DNA of 64,000 nt, taken from positions 61,256,001 through 61,320,000 of the forward strand of contig NC_073384.1 of assembly GCF_028641065.1 (NCBI RefSeq), written 5' to 3'. A program made the translations under genes and the position numbers. This stretch comes from Leucoraja erinacea. Lineage: Eukaryota. The notes below the pieces were generated by a model. That model made no database searches. It was not told the origin of the DNA and saw only the letters and a list, made by a program, of their open reading frames with translations. Shown here piece after piece: positions 1 through 10,881 of the stretch; position 1 is the stretch's first letter, and each line of letters begins with the position of its first letter.

Positions 1-279
1 CGTGAACATGGAGATGAGTTAATTCTGAAACACAACTAGTGGTTCAGAAAAAATATAGTGAACCATTTAACTGCCTTCTGACAATAAATGTGACCCTAGA
101 AAAAGTAGATTACTTCTTGTATCTAACAATTAAACATCTCAGCAACAGCATAGATCAATGCTTAAACTCACCATTACTATCAATTCACAAGCACAGCTTT
201 TGATCAATTGAGGATGTGGTTAGCTAAAGATCAAATGTGGACCACTTCATGTATCCACAAATCATCTGCTCGCATTGTC

Positions 280-1370
280 ATGGATCTCATCACATCAGGA
301 GATCTCTCTACAGTCTCTAACTTGATAGTGCCCTGATCCAACATTTCCCACTTCTATCTCTTACCCAAGATGGAGTAATAGAACTGTCCTGGTATGCCCA
401 TTCATCTGCCGGCTCTTGCCCCATTGAATACGTTGTCCTGGTATGCCCATTAATCTGCCTGCTTTTGCTCCTCCATCTTATACGTTGACTGAATCCTGCC
501 TCCCCTGGTCCAGACCATTCTGACATATATCCAGAACAGCTTGTATGCCCTCCACCAAGACTACAACTTCAAATTCCATGGCAAGCCCTGCTTCATGTTC
601 ACTATGGATGTCCATTCTTCACACAACTCCACCCGCACATCTGGAAAATCATACAACTCTCTGCTTCTTTCTGCAAAATGTATCCAAACAGTTTGCCATC
701 ACTCCCATCCACCTGGCACACATGGTTGTTATACTGATCAACTACTCCTTTGACTCCTCTCAAGGTCCACAAATCAAAGGTGAAGCCATTGGTACTGGCA
801 GGGGTCCGAGTTAGGCCTGTTTTTTCTGTTGGCCAAGTGGAACAGTCCCTATTCCAAATCTTCGCTGGTCCCACACCCAATTTTTTCTCTGTTACATCAA
901 CGACAACACTGGTGCTGTTCCTGCACCCAGACGTAATTTGTCAATTTTACCACTTTAATACTAACTACCATTTCACTCTCAAATTCACTTGGACCATTTC
1001 TAATACCTCTTTTCCCTTTCTGGATCCCTCTGTCCCCACATGAGATGAACTATCCACTGACATATAAAATAAACATACTGATTTCCACAGCTACCTGACC
1101 CACACCATTTCCTACCCTGCCTCTTATTGGATGCCATCCCTTTCTTCCAGTTTGTCCATCACATTTGCTCTCAAGATGAGGCCTTCTATTCCAGGACATA
1201 TGTTGTTTACTTTTTCAGGCAGGGTTGATACCCTTCTGTGATTGAAGGAGCCTGCATTTTCTCCATTCTCTCAGAGTTCTGGTCCACGACACCACATTCC
1301 AAATAGAACAGAGGTATTCTAGACCTCACCTTTCACCTCACTAGCCTGTGCATCCGGCATATCATCCTTT
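280..1370 (+). mobile_element. Decayed Penelope-like element, reverse transcriptase region
   Basis: Frame-disrupted RT motifs: FTMDVHS (FTMDV.SLY), QIKGEAIGT.. (Q..G.AMG), VGQVEQSLF, YINDN (YxDD-like), FPFLD. Confidence 0.8.
385..487. repeat. Imperfect tandem duplication, period about 49 bp
   Basis: tgtcctggtatgcccatt(c/a)atctgcc begins at 385 and again at 434. Confidence 0.85.
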
Positions 1371-1374
1371 GCGC

Positions 1375-1625
1375 TTTAATAGGAATCCGAGGAGTAACTT
1401 TTTCACATAGTGGGTGTATGGAACAAACTGCCAGAGGAGGTAGTTGAGGTTGTGGCTATCCCATTGTTCAAGAAAAAGTCGGTAAGGTACATGGATAGTA
1501 CAGGTTTGGAGGGATATGGACCAACGCAGGCAAATGGGATTAGGGTAGCTGGGACATTGTCGGCCAGTGTGGGCGAGTTGGGCCGAAGGGCCTGTTTCCA
1601 CACTGTATCACGCTTTGACTCTATA
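1375..1625 (+). mobile_element. CR1-clade LINE 3' end fragment
   Basis: VWNKLPEEVVE terminal ORF2 motif and 3' UTR ttgggccgaagggcctgtttcc. Confidence 0.85.
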
Positions 1626-1843
1626 ACTAGAGACAATGTTTTACATTTTTTTATCATGCCAATTAACCTGCAAACCTGGACGTCTTTGGAGTGTGGGAGG
1701 AAACTGAAGATCTCGGTGAAAACCCATGCAGGTTACGGGGAGAACATACAAACTTCGTACAGACCCGTAGTCAGGATCGAACCCGGGTCTCCGACACTGC
1801 ATTCACTGTAAGGCAGCAACTCTACCGCTGTGCCACTGTAACC
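1626..1843 (-). mobile_element. tRNA-derived V-SINE (HE1-like)
   Basis: Minus strand has A box TGGCACAGCGG (1825-1835), B box GGTTCGATCC (1774-1783), and a V-domain-like GGGTTTTC...TTTCCTCCCACA. Confidence 0.85.
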
Positions 1844-1864
1844 ACCCTTGTAGCAAAACATTTC

Positions 1865-2530
1865 AAGAAGAAAGGATTTACATGCATTTAAAGAGAATGT
1901 GTTAATTAGTGACAGCCAGCATGGCTTTAGTCCACGCAGGCCATGTTTTATGAACGTGATTGAGCTTTTTGTGAATTCCAAAAGTGATTGAAGAGGGTCG
2001 ACACTGGATATTGCCTTCATGGATTATACTAAGGCATCTAATAAGGTCCCTCATGGTTGGCTGATCTTGATGATGATGCAGGGGATCCATACTGAATTGG
2101 TCATTTGGATTCAGACTCATAGAAGACAGAGGGTTGTGGTGGAAGGATGGAATTCAGGTTGGAGGTCTGTGACCAGTGGTTCTGTGGGATAGGCAGGCAT
2201 CTGTGCTGGGGTCTCTATTTTCTTTTATTTTCCCAGGGGAGAAATGTCAAAGACTAGAAGGCATAGCTTTAGGGTGAGAGGGGCAAAATCTAAAGGAGAA
2301 ATACAGAGTATTAATTTTTAAAAAGCACAGAGAGTAGTAGGTGCCTGGAATTGTGCCCAGGATTGGCAGTGGAGACTGATAGTGATTTCATCGTGGCATT
2401 TAAGAGGCTTCTAAATAAGTGCACAGATGTGCAGAAAATGGAGCGATATGAATCAGATGGAGGAAGATGGGCATTATGGTTAGTATTGACATTGTGCGCC
2501 AAAGGGCTACTGTTCAATGTTCTATGATTA
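1865..2530 (+). mobile_element. Old, internally deleted CR1 LINE (RT and 3' end)
   Basis: SQHGF..RPCF, MDY.KA.NKVPH, VTSG remnants, then a CR1 3' end. Confidence 0.8.
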
Positions 2531-2659
2531 TAGAAGCAAATGAAGCGGAATAGTGAGAAGATTCACCACTTGCTTATTTGTTTAATATATACTGTTATCA
2601 ACACTGAGAAATCATTGTCTATTTGCTGGAATGTCCTCACTATTTTAGGGAACGGGGTT

Positions 2660-3500
2660 CTGATTAAACCATAAATACTCTCGCACCAGGGTCTCTTCCT
2701 ATTAACACTGCTCTCTTCCCCATCAAATGCACTCTATAACAACAAGGGCCGAGTCCTCCTAGGGTACGACCCCCCAGCCGCACATACAAAAAAGTAATGC
2801 CTCCGTCAACATCTCGCCATTCCAACGTGACCCCACCACTGGCCAAATCTGTGTTACATCTCCCCCCATATCTGCCTTCTGCAAAGACTGCTCCCTCCAT
2901 GTGAACTTCCTTGTCAATTCTTCACTTTATCTCGGTCCATTCCCTCCCCTAATTTGAACACAAGCAAAGGATTAAAATAGCTTGACATGATCTCCTCTAT
3001 CATTAATACAAACAAAAATATACTCATCCAAACAGCAATGTTCACCATGCTATTGCGAGGATGTCATTGCACTAAACAGAATCCGAAGATTCATCTGGAG
3101 GAAGTTTTCAGTGATGAGGACCAAGTTTGCAGAGGGCGGCTTTGTTTACACTCCGCTCGGAGGTATTACCAGAGATATACAAAATCATGCACTTAGGCTG
3201 ATAATAATGGATTCTAAGACCAGAGGTCCTGGTCTCCTCCAGGCCACAGCGAGCACACCGGAAATTGGAGGGAACAGCACCTCATATTTTTTTGGGGATC
3301 TCTGAGAGTAGTGCATGAAGGTCGAATTCTCCCATTTTGTTAGTCCTTGCTGTCTCCTTAAACTTCCTCAGCCCCCCTGCTGTCTCCAGATCAAGTGCAG
3401 GGCTCTGGGATTTTCCCTTTCTTGTCCCCAGGACCTTGATCAGTTGGAAGAAGGGTTAGGTGGCCCGAAACGGACTGCCTATTTCCTTCGCTCCATAGTT
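2660..3500 (+). mobile_element. Penelope-like 3' fragment (GIY-YIG tail and terminal repeat), garbled
   Basis: ccaacgtgaccccaccactggcc; ggaaattggagggaacagcacctcatatt; gaagggttaggtggcccgaaac...ctccatag; interleaved with copies of downstream sequence. Confidence 0.65.
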
Positions 3501-3922
3501 TTGAGATACAGTGCGAAACAGGCCCTTCAGTCTATGTGGACCAGCGATCTCCGCACACTTGCTGTTGCAAGAATCCTTCACACACTAAAATACTCAATTT
3601 GACACAGCTATTATGTAAGCCAATTTGCAAGCAATGCAACCTATAACATGCAGTGAGAAATTATTGGGTGCGACATCCCCAATGCAATAAATTGTTGCCT
3701 TCAGGAACATCTCTCATTTTAATTCTGCAAATTAATGGCAAAAATTGTGTTACAGTGTAAACAGATCAGAATAAAAGTTAATTGGGGTTGTGAGCTTCTC
3801 ATTAAGTTACACTTTATATCGCAATTCATACTAATTTGAACACAAGCAAAGGATTAAAATAGCTTGACATGATCTCCTCTATCATTAATACAAACAAAAA
3901 TATACTCATCCAAACAGCAATG
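2949..3922. repeat. Direct repeat, 92 bp identical (2949-3040 and 3831-3922)
   Basis: ctaatttgaacacaagc...caaacagcaatg occurs twice, offset 882 bp. Confidence 0.95.
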
Positions 3923-4163
3923 ACTATGAAAATTTGTGAGGATGCTGCTTCATCACTGAACAGAGCGTCATCATGGATGATCATTCAGGAATTAATGAGA
4001 TGGCTTGTTTATCTTGGTGAATGGAAGATGTAGAGATATACAAAAAGATGATCAACAAGATCACTATTATTTACTGACAAATCAATGGTAAATGATGCTA
4101 GATGACACGTATCAAAAATGATCAATTTATCCACAAGAAGCATTCTGTGTATTGTTTGAATTT

Positions 4164-4898
4164 GACTGTGCTGCAAATATCAACCAATGCAATGTAAAAT
4201 GCACTCCTGTTGTGTTTTTGCTGAAATAATACATACTGTTAAACCCAGAGCTGCCACAATAGAGAGATGAATTTCAGTTAAATTTCTGGATGAAATCTGA
4301 GCAAAATCGTCAAAACGTTGTGCTAAATGTTAACATCTAAAAGTTGTCACATTCAAAAGTACATCAATGCATGTGAAGGTCTTGGAGACTTCTTCAGCTT
4401 GTAAAAACGTGTCATTTAAAATTAAATACATTTCTTTTCGGCAATGATCTGGTTTATAGTGTAAAATGTTATGTTAGTATATTTCAAAATGTAGGAAGTA
4501 AAAAATTGCAACACCAAGTGTAGATCGGATGCCGCCATTCTGTGGTGTGGAACAACTCATACATTGCAGTTTTCCCCTGACTATGAAAATTATGGTTGGT
4601 ATGTATTTCATACATACAGATCATTGGGAATTCTCAGTGGATGTGAAGAGGTAGGACAAAGATGATGCAGATCACTATTTTACTGACACCAAAGATAGTA
4701 AATCAAAACGATGGACGTGTCAGCATCACAGGCAGCAAGAAGCATTCTGGATCGAAGACTGTGCTGCAAATATCAACCAATGCAATGTAAAATGCACTCC
4801 TGTTGTGTTTTTGCTGAAATAATACATACTGTTAAACCCAGAGCTGCCACAATAGAGAGATGAATTTCAATTAAATTTCTGGATGAAATCTGAGCAAA
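4164..4898. repeat. Direct repeat, 142 bp with 1 mismatch (4164-4305 and 4757-4898)
   Basis: gactgtgctgcaaatatc...tctgagcaaa occurs twice, offset 593 bp. Confidence 0.95.
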
Positions 4899-5189
4899 GA
4901 TGCTTGTGCTAAATGTTAACTGAGTTTTGTAGCATTTTGTGTACTCATGCATGTGATACTTCACAGTATGGAGTATCTCCCCTCAACCCATTAACACATC
5001 CCATATAGATACCGTGTTCCATATTTTCCTGAATACCATTCCATTTCATAGATCTGTTTTGTTTGTCTGAATAAAGCTATATTTGGAGAAGCTGGAGAGT
5101 TTTCTTAAAGTTTTCATGACAAGTATTTCTGAGACAAAAAAGGGTGCACTCTTTCATGCCTCTACAGTCTTTATTATTGTTGTTTTAGC

Positions 5190-5410
5190 TGAAAGGACGC
5201 TGCACGGAGAGGACGCTGGCGCTGTTTGTTCGCTGCTTCTCCGTCTGCTATTGTCTCTTGTGTTCTTGTTTGTGATCTGTTTTTGTTTTGTTTTGTTTCG
5301 TTTTTATTTTTGTTTCTGTTTTTTGTTTGCCTTGCCTTGTAAAGCGACTTTGAGTCCTTGAAAAAACACTATATACCATTTTTTTTATTATATTATTATT
5401 ATGTATTATT
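5190..5410 (+). mobile_element. Short non-autonomous retroposon with L2-type 3' tail
   Basis: CpG-rich head, T-rich middle, tgtaaagcgactttgag..ttgaaaaa.cactatata and an (ATT)n tail. Confidence 0.6.
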
Positions 5411-5739
5411 ATTGCAACCCAGAGGTGCATATGTGCAGCGATTTCTTGCTTATTCCAGTTCATAGACCGAAGATTTTCTCAGAGCAGTAAAAAAGCACAG
5501 TGGGGCCTCTAAGTTGTTCAACTGGACGAGAAACTTTATTTACACACTTGCTCACACAGTCTTGATCAATTACAGTGTTTCTCATTGGCTGCTGCAATAA
5601 CAGCACCTCTGCTTTGGCTGCTTCTCATTGTCAGTGCTCGTTACTATGTTTGTATTCTGTTATCATTTGTCAGTTTGTTTTATTTTTGTTTCAAGATTGT
5701 TTGTTTAACAATTGCAACATTAAAGATTAACTTTCTTTA

Positions 5740-5787
5740 CCTTGAAAAGCGCTATATAAATTCAATTTATTATTATTATTATTATTA
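5740..5787 (+). mobile_element. L2-type 3' terminus with (TAT)n tail
   Basis: cttgaaaagcgctatataaat followed by (tat)n. Confidence 0.6.
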
Positions 5788-6889
5788 AATTCAACAAATG
5801 AGGAAGCGTCATCCCCTCCCCTTCTCCCACTCCCCCGCACTCCACCAGCAATTTCAAAACTGTCAAAAAGAAAAATGCTTCTGGTTTAGTAGGTCTTGTT
5901 GATTCTGCCTTTTCTTCAGGTGAGCAATTTTATTTCTTTAGATGCTTTTCTCCCGTATTAAATTGAGCACTTTCAATACTGCTTATCAATCGCAATCTAA
6001 TTGTAATCTGAGACAAATTGCCTATCCATGCTTTTCACAAAAAGCCAGCTGCAATTTTCTCTCCAATTCTGTGGAAAAGCACTTGAGCTCTGTTGGGTTC
6101 ATTCTGAATTTGACAAAGTCGCATTCAAGAAATTATCTCACCGTTTCACATTGCAGCATTTCGATCTTCAACAGAGTTGCCATCATAATATCTCCAATCT
6201 TATCTTTTCAAATAGACCCAGCTGAAGGCAAGGTAAAGTTGACTTTATTGTTGTGTTGCTCGGTAGAAGATTATTCATATTTAGTGCAGCACAACTGAAG
6301 TAAAATCCTGAAGGCGCAGGAAACACCAGCTATCAGCAAGGTGAGTCAAGCCTTTAATCTTCTACATGTGTTGTCTGAGTTGTAATATAAGTTTCAAGGC
6401 TTAAAGTGGTTGGTATTAATTGCATTGTGTAAATTGGGCCATCAATGCAAGAAAAAGAAAACCTATGACAACAATAAATCATTTCCCTCAGCAGCGAATA
6501 CCATCAGTCATAAGCAAGTTCTGTCTCATAATATCAGTGATGTGAATTTATCCTTTTTATGCTGTCACGCCCTGTCATTGCACCACATCAGTTCTATTAC
6601 TGACTCCATCATAACAACAAAAGCACAGAGAAAGGAAAAAGGAAACCAGTACGTTTTTATTAAAAAAAACAAAATGCTTATTATTTTTTTTATCAGAAAG
6701 AGCACACTTTAGTAATGCACATCTTAAGTGATGCAAGGTCATCTTTACTGGATATTATTATGAACATTGTATGTACTCAGCTGTCATTTCCTGCAAGTCA
6801 TACCTATCTGCATGCAATACAAAATGTACAGCATGAAAATATAATTAATTCAGATCTGCGGTAGCAATTATCTGATCTAACAAGCAGAG

Positions 6890-7005
6890 AGAAGAAGGGT
6901 CTCAACCCGAAATGTCACCTATTTCTTTTCACCAGAGATACTGCGTGTCCCGCTGAGTTACTCCAGCTTTTGGTGTAAACCAGCATCTGCAGTTTCTTCC
7001 GACAC
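6890..7005 (+). mobile_element. Penelope terminal-repeat fragment
   Basis: gaagggtctcaacccgaaatgtcacc...gctgagttactccagc...ccagcatctgcagtt. Confidence 0.8.
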
Positions 7006-7302
7006 AGAGGACATACTACTCTGCTGTGGGGTCACCAGTAGACCAGATAAAGATGACATATTTCTTTCCTTGAAAACATGACATGAGTTTTAACTATTAC
7101 CATTTCTCATCCCAGTTTCCTAATACCAGATTGCCTTAAATTTAAATGCCCCAATTGATTTTAGGGATCTGGTCACAACTTTAGATCAATGGTCAAAGTC
7201 TTTAATGACTGCTGCACAGTAAACGTCATCTCACCCTAACCTACTGACAAAGATGTTCAAATAACGTATTTGATTTTAGTTTTTTTTATATACTTTACTC
7301 CT

Positions 7303-7660
7303 TTCAACAAAGTGCTAGACACGCTAGAGACAGGAAACATGTTTCCGATGTTGGGGGAGACCAGAACCAGGGGCCACAGATTAAGAATAAGGGGTGAGCC
7401 ATTTAGAACGGAGACGAAGAAACACTTTTTCTCACAGAGAGTTGTGAGTGTGTGGAATTCTCTGCCACGGAGGGTGGTGGAGGCAGGTTCTCTGGATGCT
7501 TTCAAGAGAGAGCTAGATAGGGCTCTTAAAAATAGCGGAGCCAAGGGATATGGGGAGAAGGCAGGAGCGGGGTACTGATTGGGGATGATCAGCCATGATC
7601 ACATTGAATGGCGGCGCTGGCTCGAAGGGCAGAATGGCCTACTCCTGCACCTATTGTCTA
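7303..7660 (+). mobile_element. Young 5'-truncated CR1 LINE
   Basis: TRGHRLRIRG...FFSQRVVSVWNSLP ORF2 C-terminus, intact 3' UTR, candidate TSD ttactcct (7295 and 7661). Confidence 0.92.
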
Positions 7661-8409
7661 TTACTCCTGTTATCAAGTCTTTGTCAGTTTTCTGAACATT
7701 CCTTTTGTTTCCACCTGCCCTCTTATTCCCTTAAGTATTGTTATCTGAGGCCAAAGGACGGGTGTGTGTAAACATTACGAGATTAAAGGGCAGACTGTGA
7801 TTGCTGTCGTTTTTGGCTGTGGGAATTTTCCTTTCAGCGAACCTTTCAGCCAGAAAGTAATTATGGACAGGGGAGGAGAATGTGTCATTACCCAAAAGAG
7901 CACTGAGACACAGGCTGCAGACAGAACAGAGCCATCACTCCCTGAAAGAAGTCAGCAGGTAGCTAGCTGCAAGTCAGCTCCTGAGATGGGAGCAGAGGTC
8001 AGGAAGCTGATCATTCACAGGCGTCATTTCTCGCTGAACTGTCGACAGATTGGGCACAAGAATGACATGAAAAGAACGCTGGCTTTAGTTTTCAACCAGG
8101 AAGGCTAGAAAGGGAGAATCTAGTGTCAGCTAGAAATGAGATCCTAGTGTCAGCTGTTACATCGAATCTGCTACAGTCAACCAACAAGAAATTAATGAGA
8201 ATAAGTAATTTAATTCTTCAAGTTGACCCAAAACGCCACCTATTCCTTTTCTCCAGAGACCCACTGAGTTACTCCAGCTTTTTGTGTCCATCTGAGGTCT
8301 GAATTTGATTTCATGTCATTTACTAAAAATTCCTCCTCATGATTTCTGCACAGCTGGCAAGAATCAAAATATTGGCCTGTTGTAAACATCAAGGATAGTG
8401 GAGTTTTTT

Positions 8410-9425
8410 AAGGTTTGTAAGCTCTTGTACCTTCTTCCCGATGGTAGTAGTGAGATGAGGGCATGGCCAGGGTGCTGAGCAACATGGACAATGCTAGCCC
8501 CCATTATTTGGGACAGTGGATCCTTTCAATGGTCAGAACCTGCAATGGAATAGTCAATATCTACCACTATCTGCAGATTCCCCATTCCTAGGCATATGAG
8601 CTACTGAGCCAGATCATGACACAACCAGTCAGTATGCTATCAAGGCTTCCCAATGGGCCCCATGGCTATGGACTGGGAACTGGGCTGGAGGTCTTTATCA
8701 ATGTGCCACGGTTTGGATGCTTCCCGGATCGGCGTGTAGAAGCTCGGGACGGTGCCCGGTTGGGGACTCGTGGGTAGAAGCCGTGTCGGGCGAAACATCT
8801 GATGGAGCCCGAGGCTGGGGCCTGGGTCGACACCACAGAGATGTGAAGTGGGGTGTCAACAGTGGAGAGACCTCGGCAGCAGCAGCAATGAAGTCTTGCG
8901 ACAACGGGGCCTTGGCAGTGGTGAAGCCTCGCGGCAATAGCGATGCCTCGCGGGTCGATCCGTGGTCGATGAGAGGGTGGGTGGATCATCGTGAGGGGAA
9001 GAACAATGGAGGACCCGGCTTAGGGGAACCACTGTGAGGGGGGAGGGGAAGAACAATGGACAATGGGGGGGGGGGTATAAAGTATTCCTATTCCTACTAT
9101 ACACCTGCAGAAGTTCAATGGAATATTCAGTGACATACTGAATTTCCTCCTCAGTCTTCTCAGGAAGTAGAGGCATTATTGGGCTTTCTCATTGATTGCA
9201 CCAATATGCTGTGCTCAGGACAGATCTTTCCATCGTTGTCCCATTGACAATGACAGATTCATGGATCCTCAGCTTTCCTTTCCTGAAGTCAACAATCAGC
9301 TCCTTTATCTTGTTAACATTAAGAGCAAGATTATTGATCCGGCACTATTCAATCACCTTTCTGTTTCCTGACTCAATTTTGCCACTACTCATCCAACAAT
9401 GGTGGTATCATCAACAAATTTAAAG
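8410..9425 (-). mobile_element. Decayed Rex-Babar LINE, interrupted by the 8640-9095 insertion
   Basis: LLPSGRRY motif near 8430, SILTGC near 8630, and IVDFRK near 9290 on the minus strand. Confidence 0.7.
8640..9095 (+). mobile_element. CpG-rich unclassified non-autonomous repeat
   Basis: Sharp GC/CpG rise, internal direct repeat gaggggaagaacaatgga, tail tataaagtattcctattccta; splits a Rex fragment. Confidence 0.55.
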
Positions 9426-9429
9426 ATAG

Positions 9430-9594
9430 TTGTTTAAGAAGGAACTGCAGATGCCGGAAAATCGAAGGTAGACAAAAGTGCTGGAGAAACTCAGCGGGTG
9501 AGGCGGCATCTATGGAGCGAAGGAAATACAATACAATTTGTCACGTTTCGTGGCCAAATAGGCCATGTTTTGGGTCAAAACCCTTCTTCAGACT
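9430..9594 (-). mobile_element. Penelope terminal-repeat fragment
   Basis: gaaggaactgcagatg...ctcagcggg...cccttcttcagac. Confidence 0.8.
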
Positions 9595-9809
9595 GCACTT
9601 GATCTGTGCCTGGCTACTCATACTGATTTGGTCCGCCGAGAACAAATTGATGTTAAGATTTGACTTCCATAATGTTGAAAGAGAGGAATGCATTTTGTAT
9701 AAATTACTACAAAATAATCTTAATGTCAATAGTGTTTTATCGTCATATGTCCCTAAAAAAGCCCCTGTCTTTTCTGACCTTATTTTGACATTGTATTGTT
9801 TAATAGCCA

Positions 9810-10410
9810 GATGATTGTAGGGAAAAACATTGCTCCTGAACCTGGACGTTATAGTTTTTAGACTCCTATATCTTCTTCCCAATGGCAGGAGTGAAATGAA
9901 AGCATGGCCATGGTGGTGTGGGTCTCAGATGATGCTGGCTGCCTTTTTGAGACAGCTGCTCCTGTAGGTTCCTTCGATGGTGAGGATATCAATACTCGTG
10001 ATGGATTGGGTTCACCACATTGTGCAAACTTCTTCATTCCTGGGCATTCGAGTTGCCGAAACAGGCTGTGACATAACCAGTCAATATGATGTCCACAGCA
10101 CACCTATAGAAATTTGTATTGCCTATATTAAAACTCCTCACTCTGCTCAGGAAGTAGAGACAGTGATGGGCTTTCTTTATGATTGCATCAATACGCTGGA
10201 TCTAGGACAGATCTTCAGAGATATGCTTGGCCAGAAATGTGAAGTTTTTGATTCTCCACCACCGTCCCTCAATGAATATTTATTTGTGTATCCTTGACCT
10301 TCCTCATCTCGTCAATATTTAGTTCCTTGATTTTACTGAATTTAAGAGCAAGGATGTTGTTCTGGCAGTATTTGGTCAGTCGATCGATCTCCCTCCCATA
10401 CTCTGACTCA
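9810..10410 (-). mobile_element. Decayed Rex-Babar LINE 3' part
   Basis: GRRYRSLKTITSRFRSNVFP and neighbouring Rex1-type C-terminal motifs. Confidence 0.75.
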
Positions 10411-10881
10411 TACTCTGGGGGGGGGGGGGGGGTAATCAGCCATTTAAATGCATACCATGATTCAGTTCAGTTCCAGTGTCAAAGGCTTGAAATTATGTCC
10501 CCTTGGTGCTCCAAATTCTACTGAGTGTACGTAATATTCCACAATGGAGTGCAAGAGAAACCCAATCTGCCACAGCACTATTGAAAATCATTAGCTCGAT
10601 AGGTTATCCCAGATGAATTTCAAGATAGGTCAAAAAATCTAATATGCATTCTATTCATAGCAATCTGTGAAATTAATGTATACTTCAGTGCAGATTATAA
10701 ACTTGGTTCATCAGAATTGGTGGGAATTGAAGAATAATTAGAGACTTCATCAAATTTAAAATGGAAATCAGAGTGTATACCAGTCTTGGATTTTAGAAAT
10801 AATTTTGTTTAATAATGTTCTTTCTTAAGAGGTCAAATCATATCTTATACTTCATACGCCAATAAAGAATGCAAGAAGGAA

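Noticed and set aside
1770-1840. tRNA gene
   Set aside because: The A and B boxes belong to a SINE head followed by a V-domain; no full cloverleaf is evident
5942-6340. 118-aa ORF with nearby splice-like sites (tag/ATG at 5942, AAG/gtaaag, AAG/gtgagt at 6340)
   Set aside because: No recognisable protein, and the candidate exon ending at 6340 has stops in all frames
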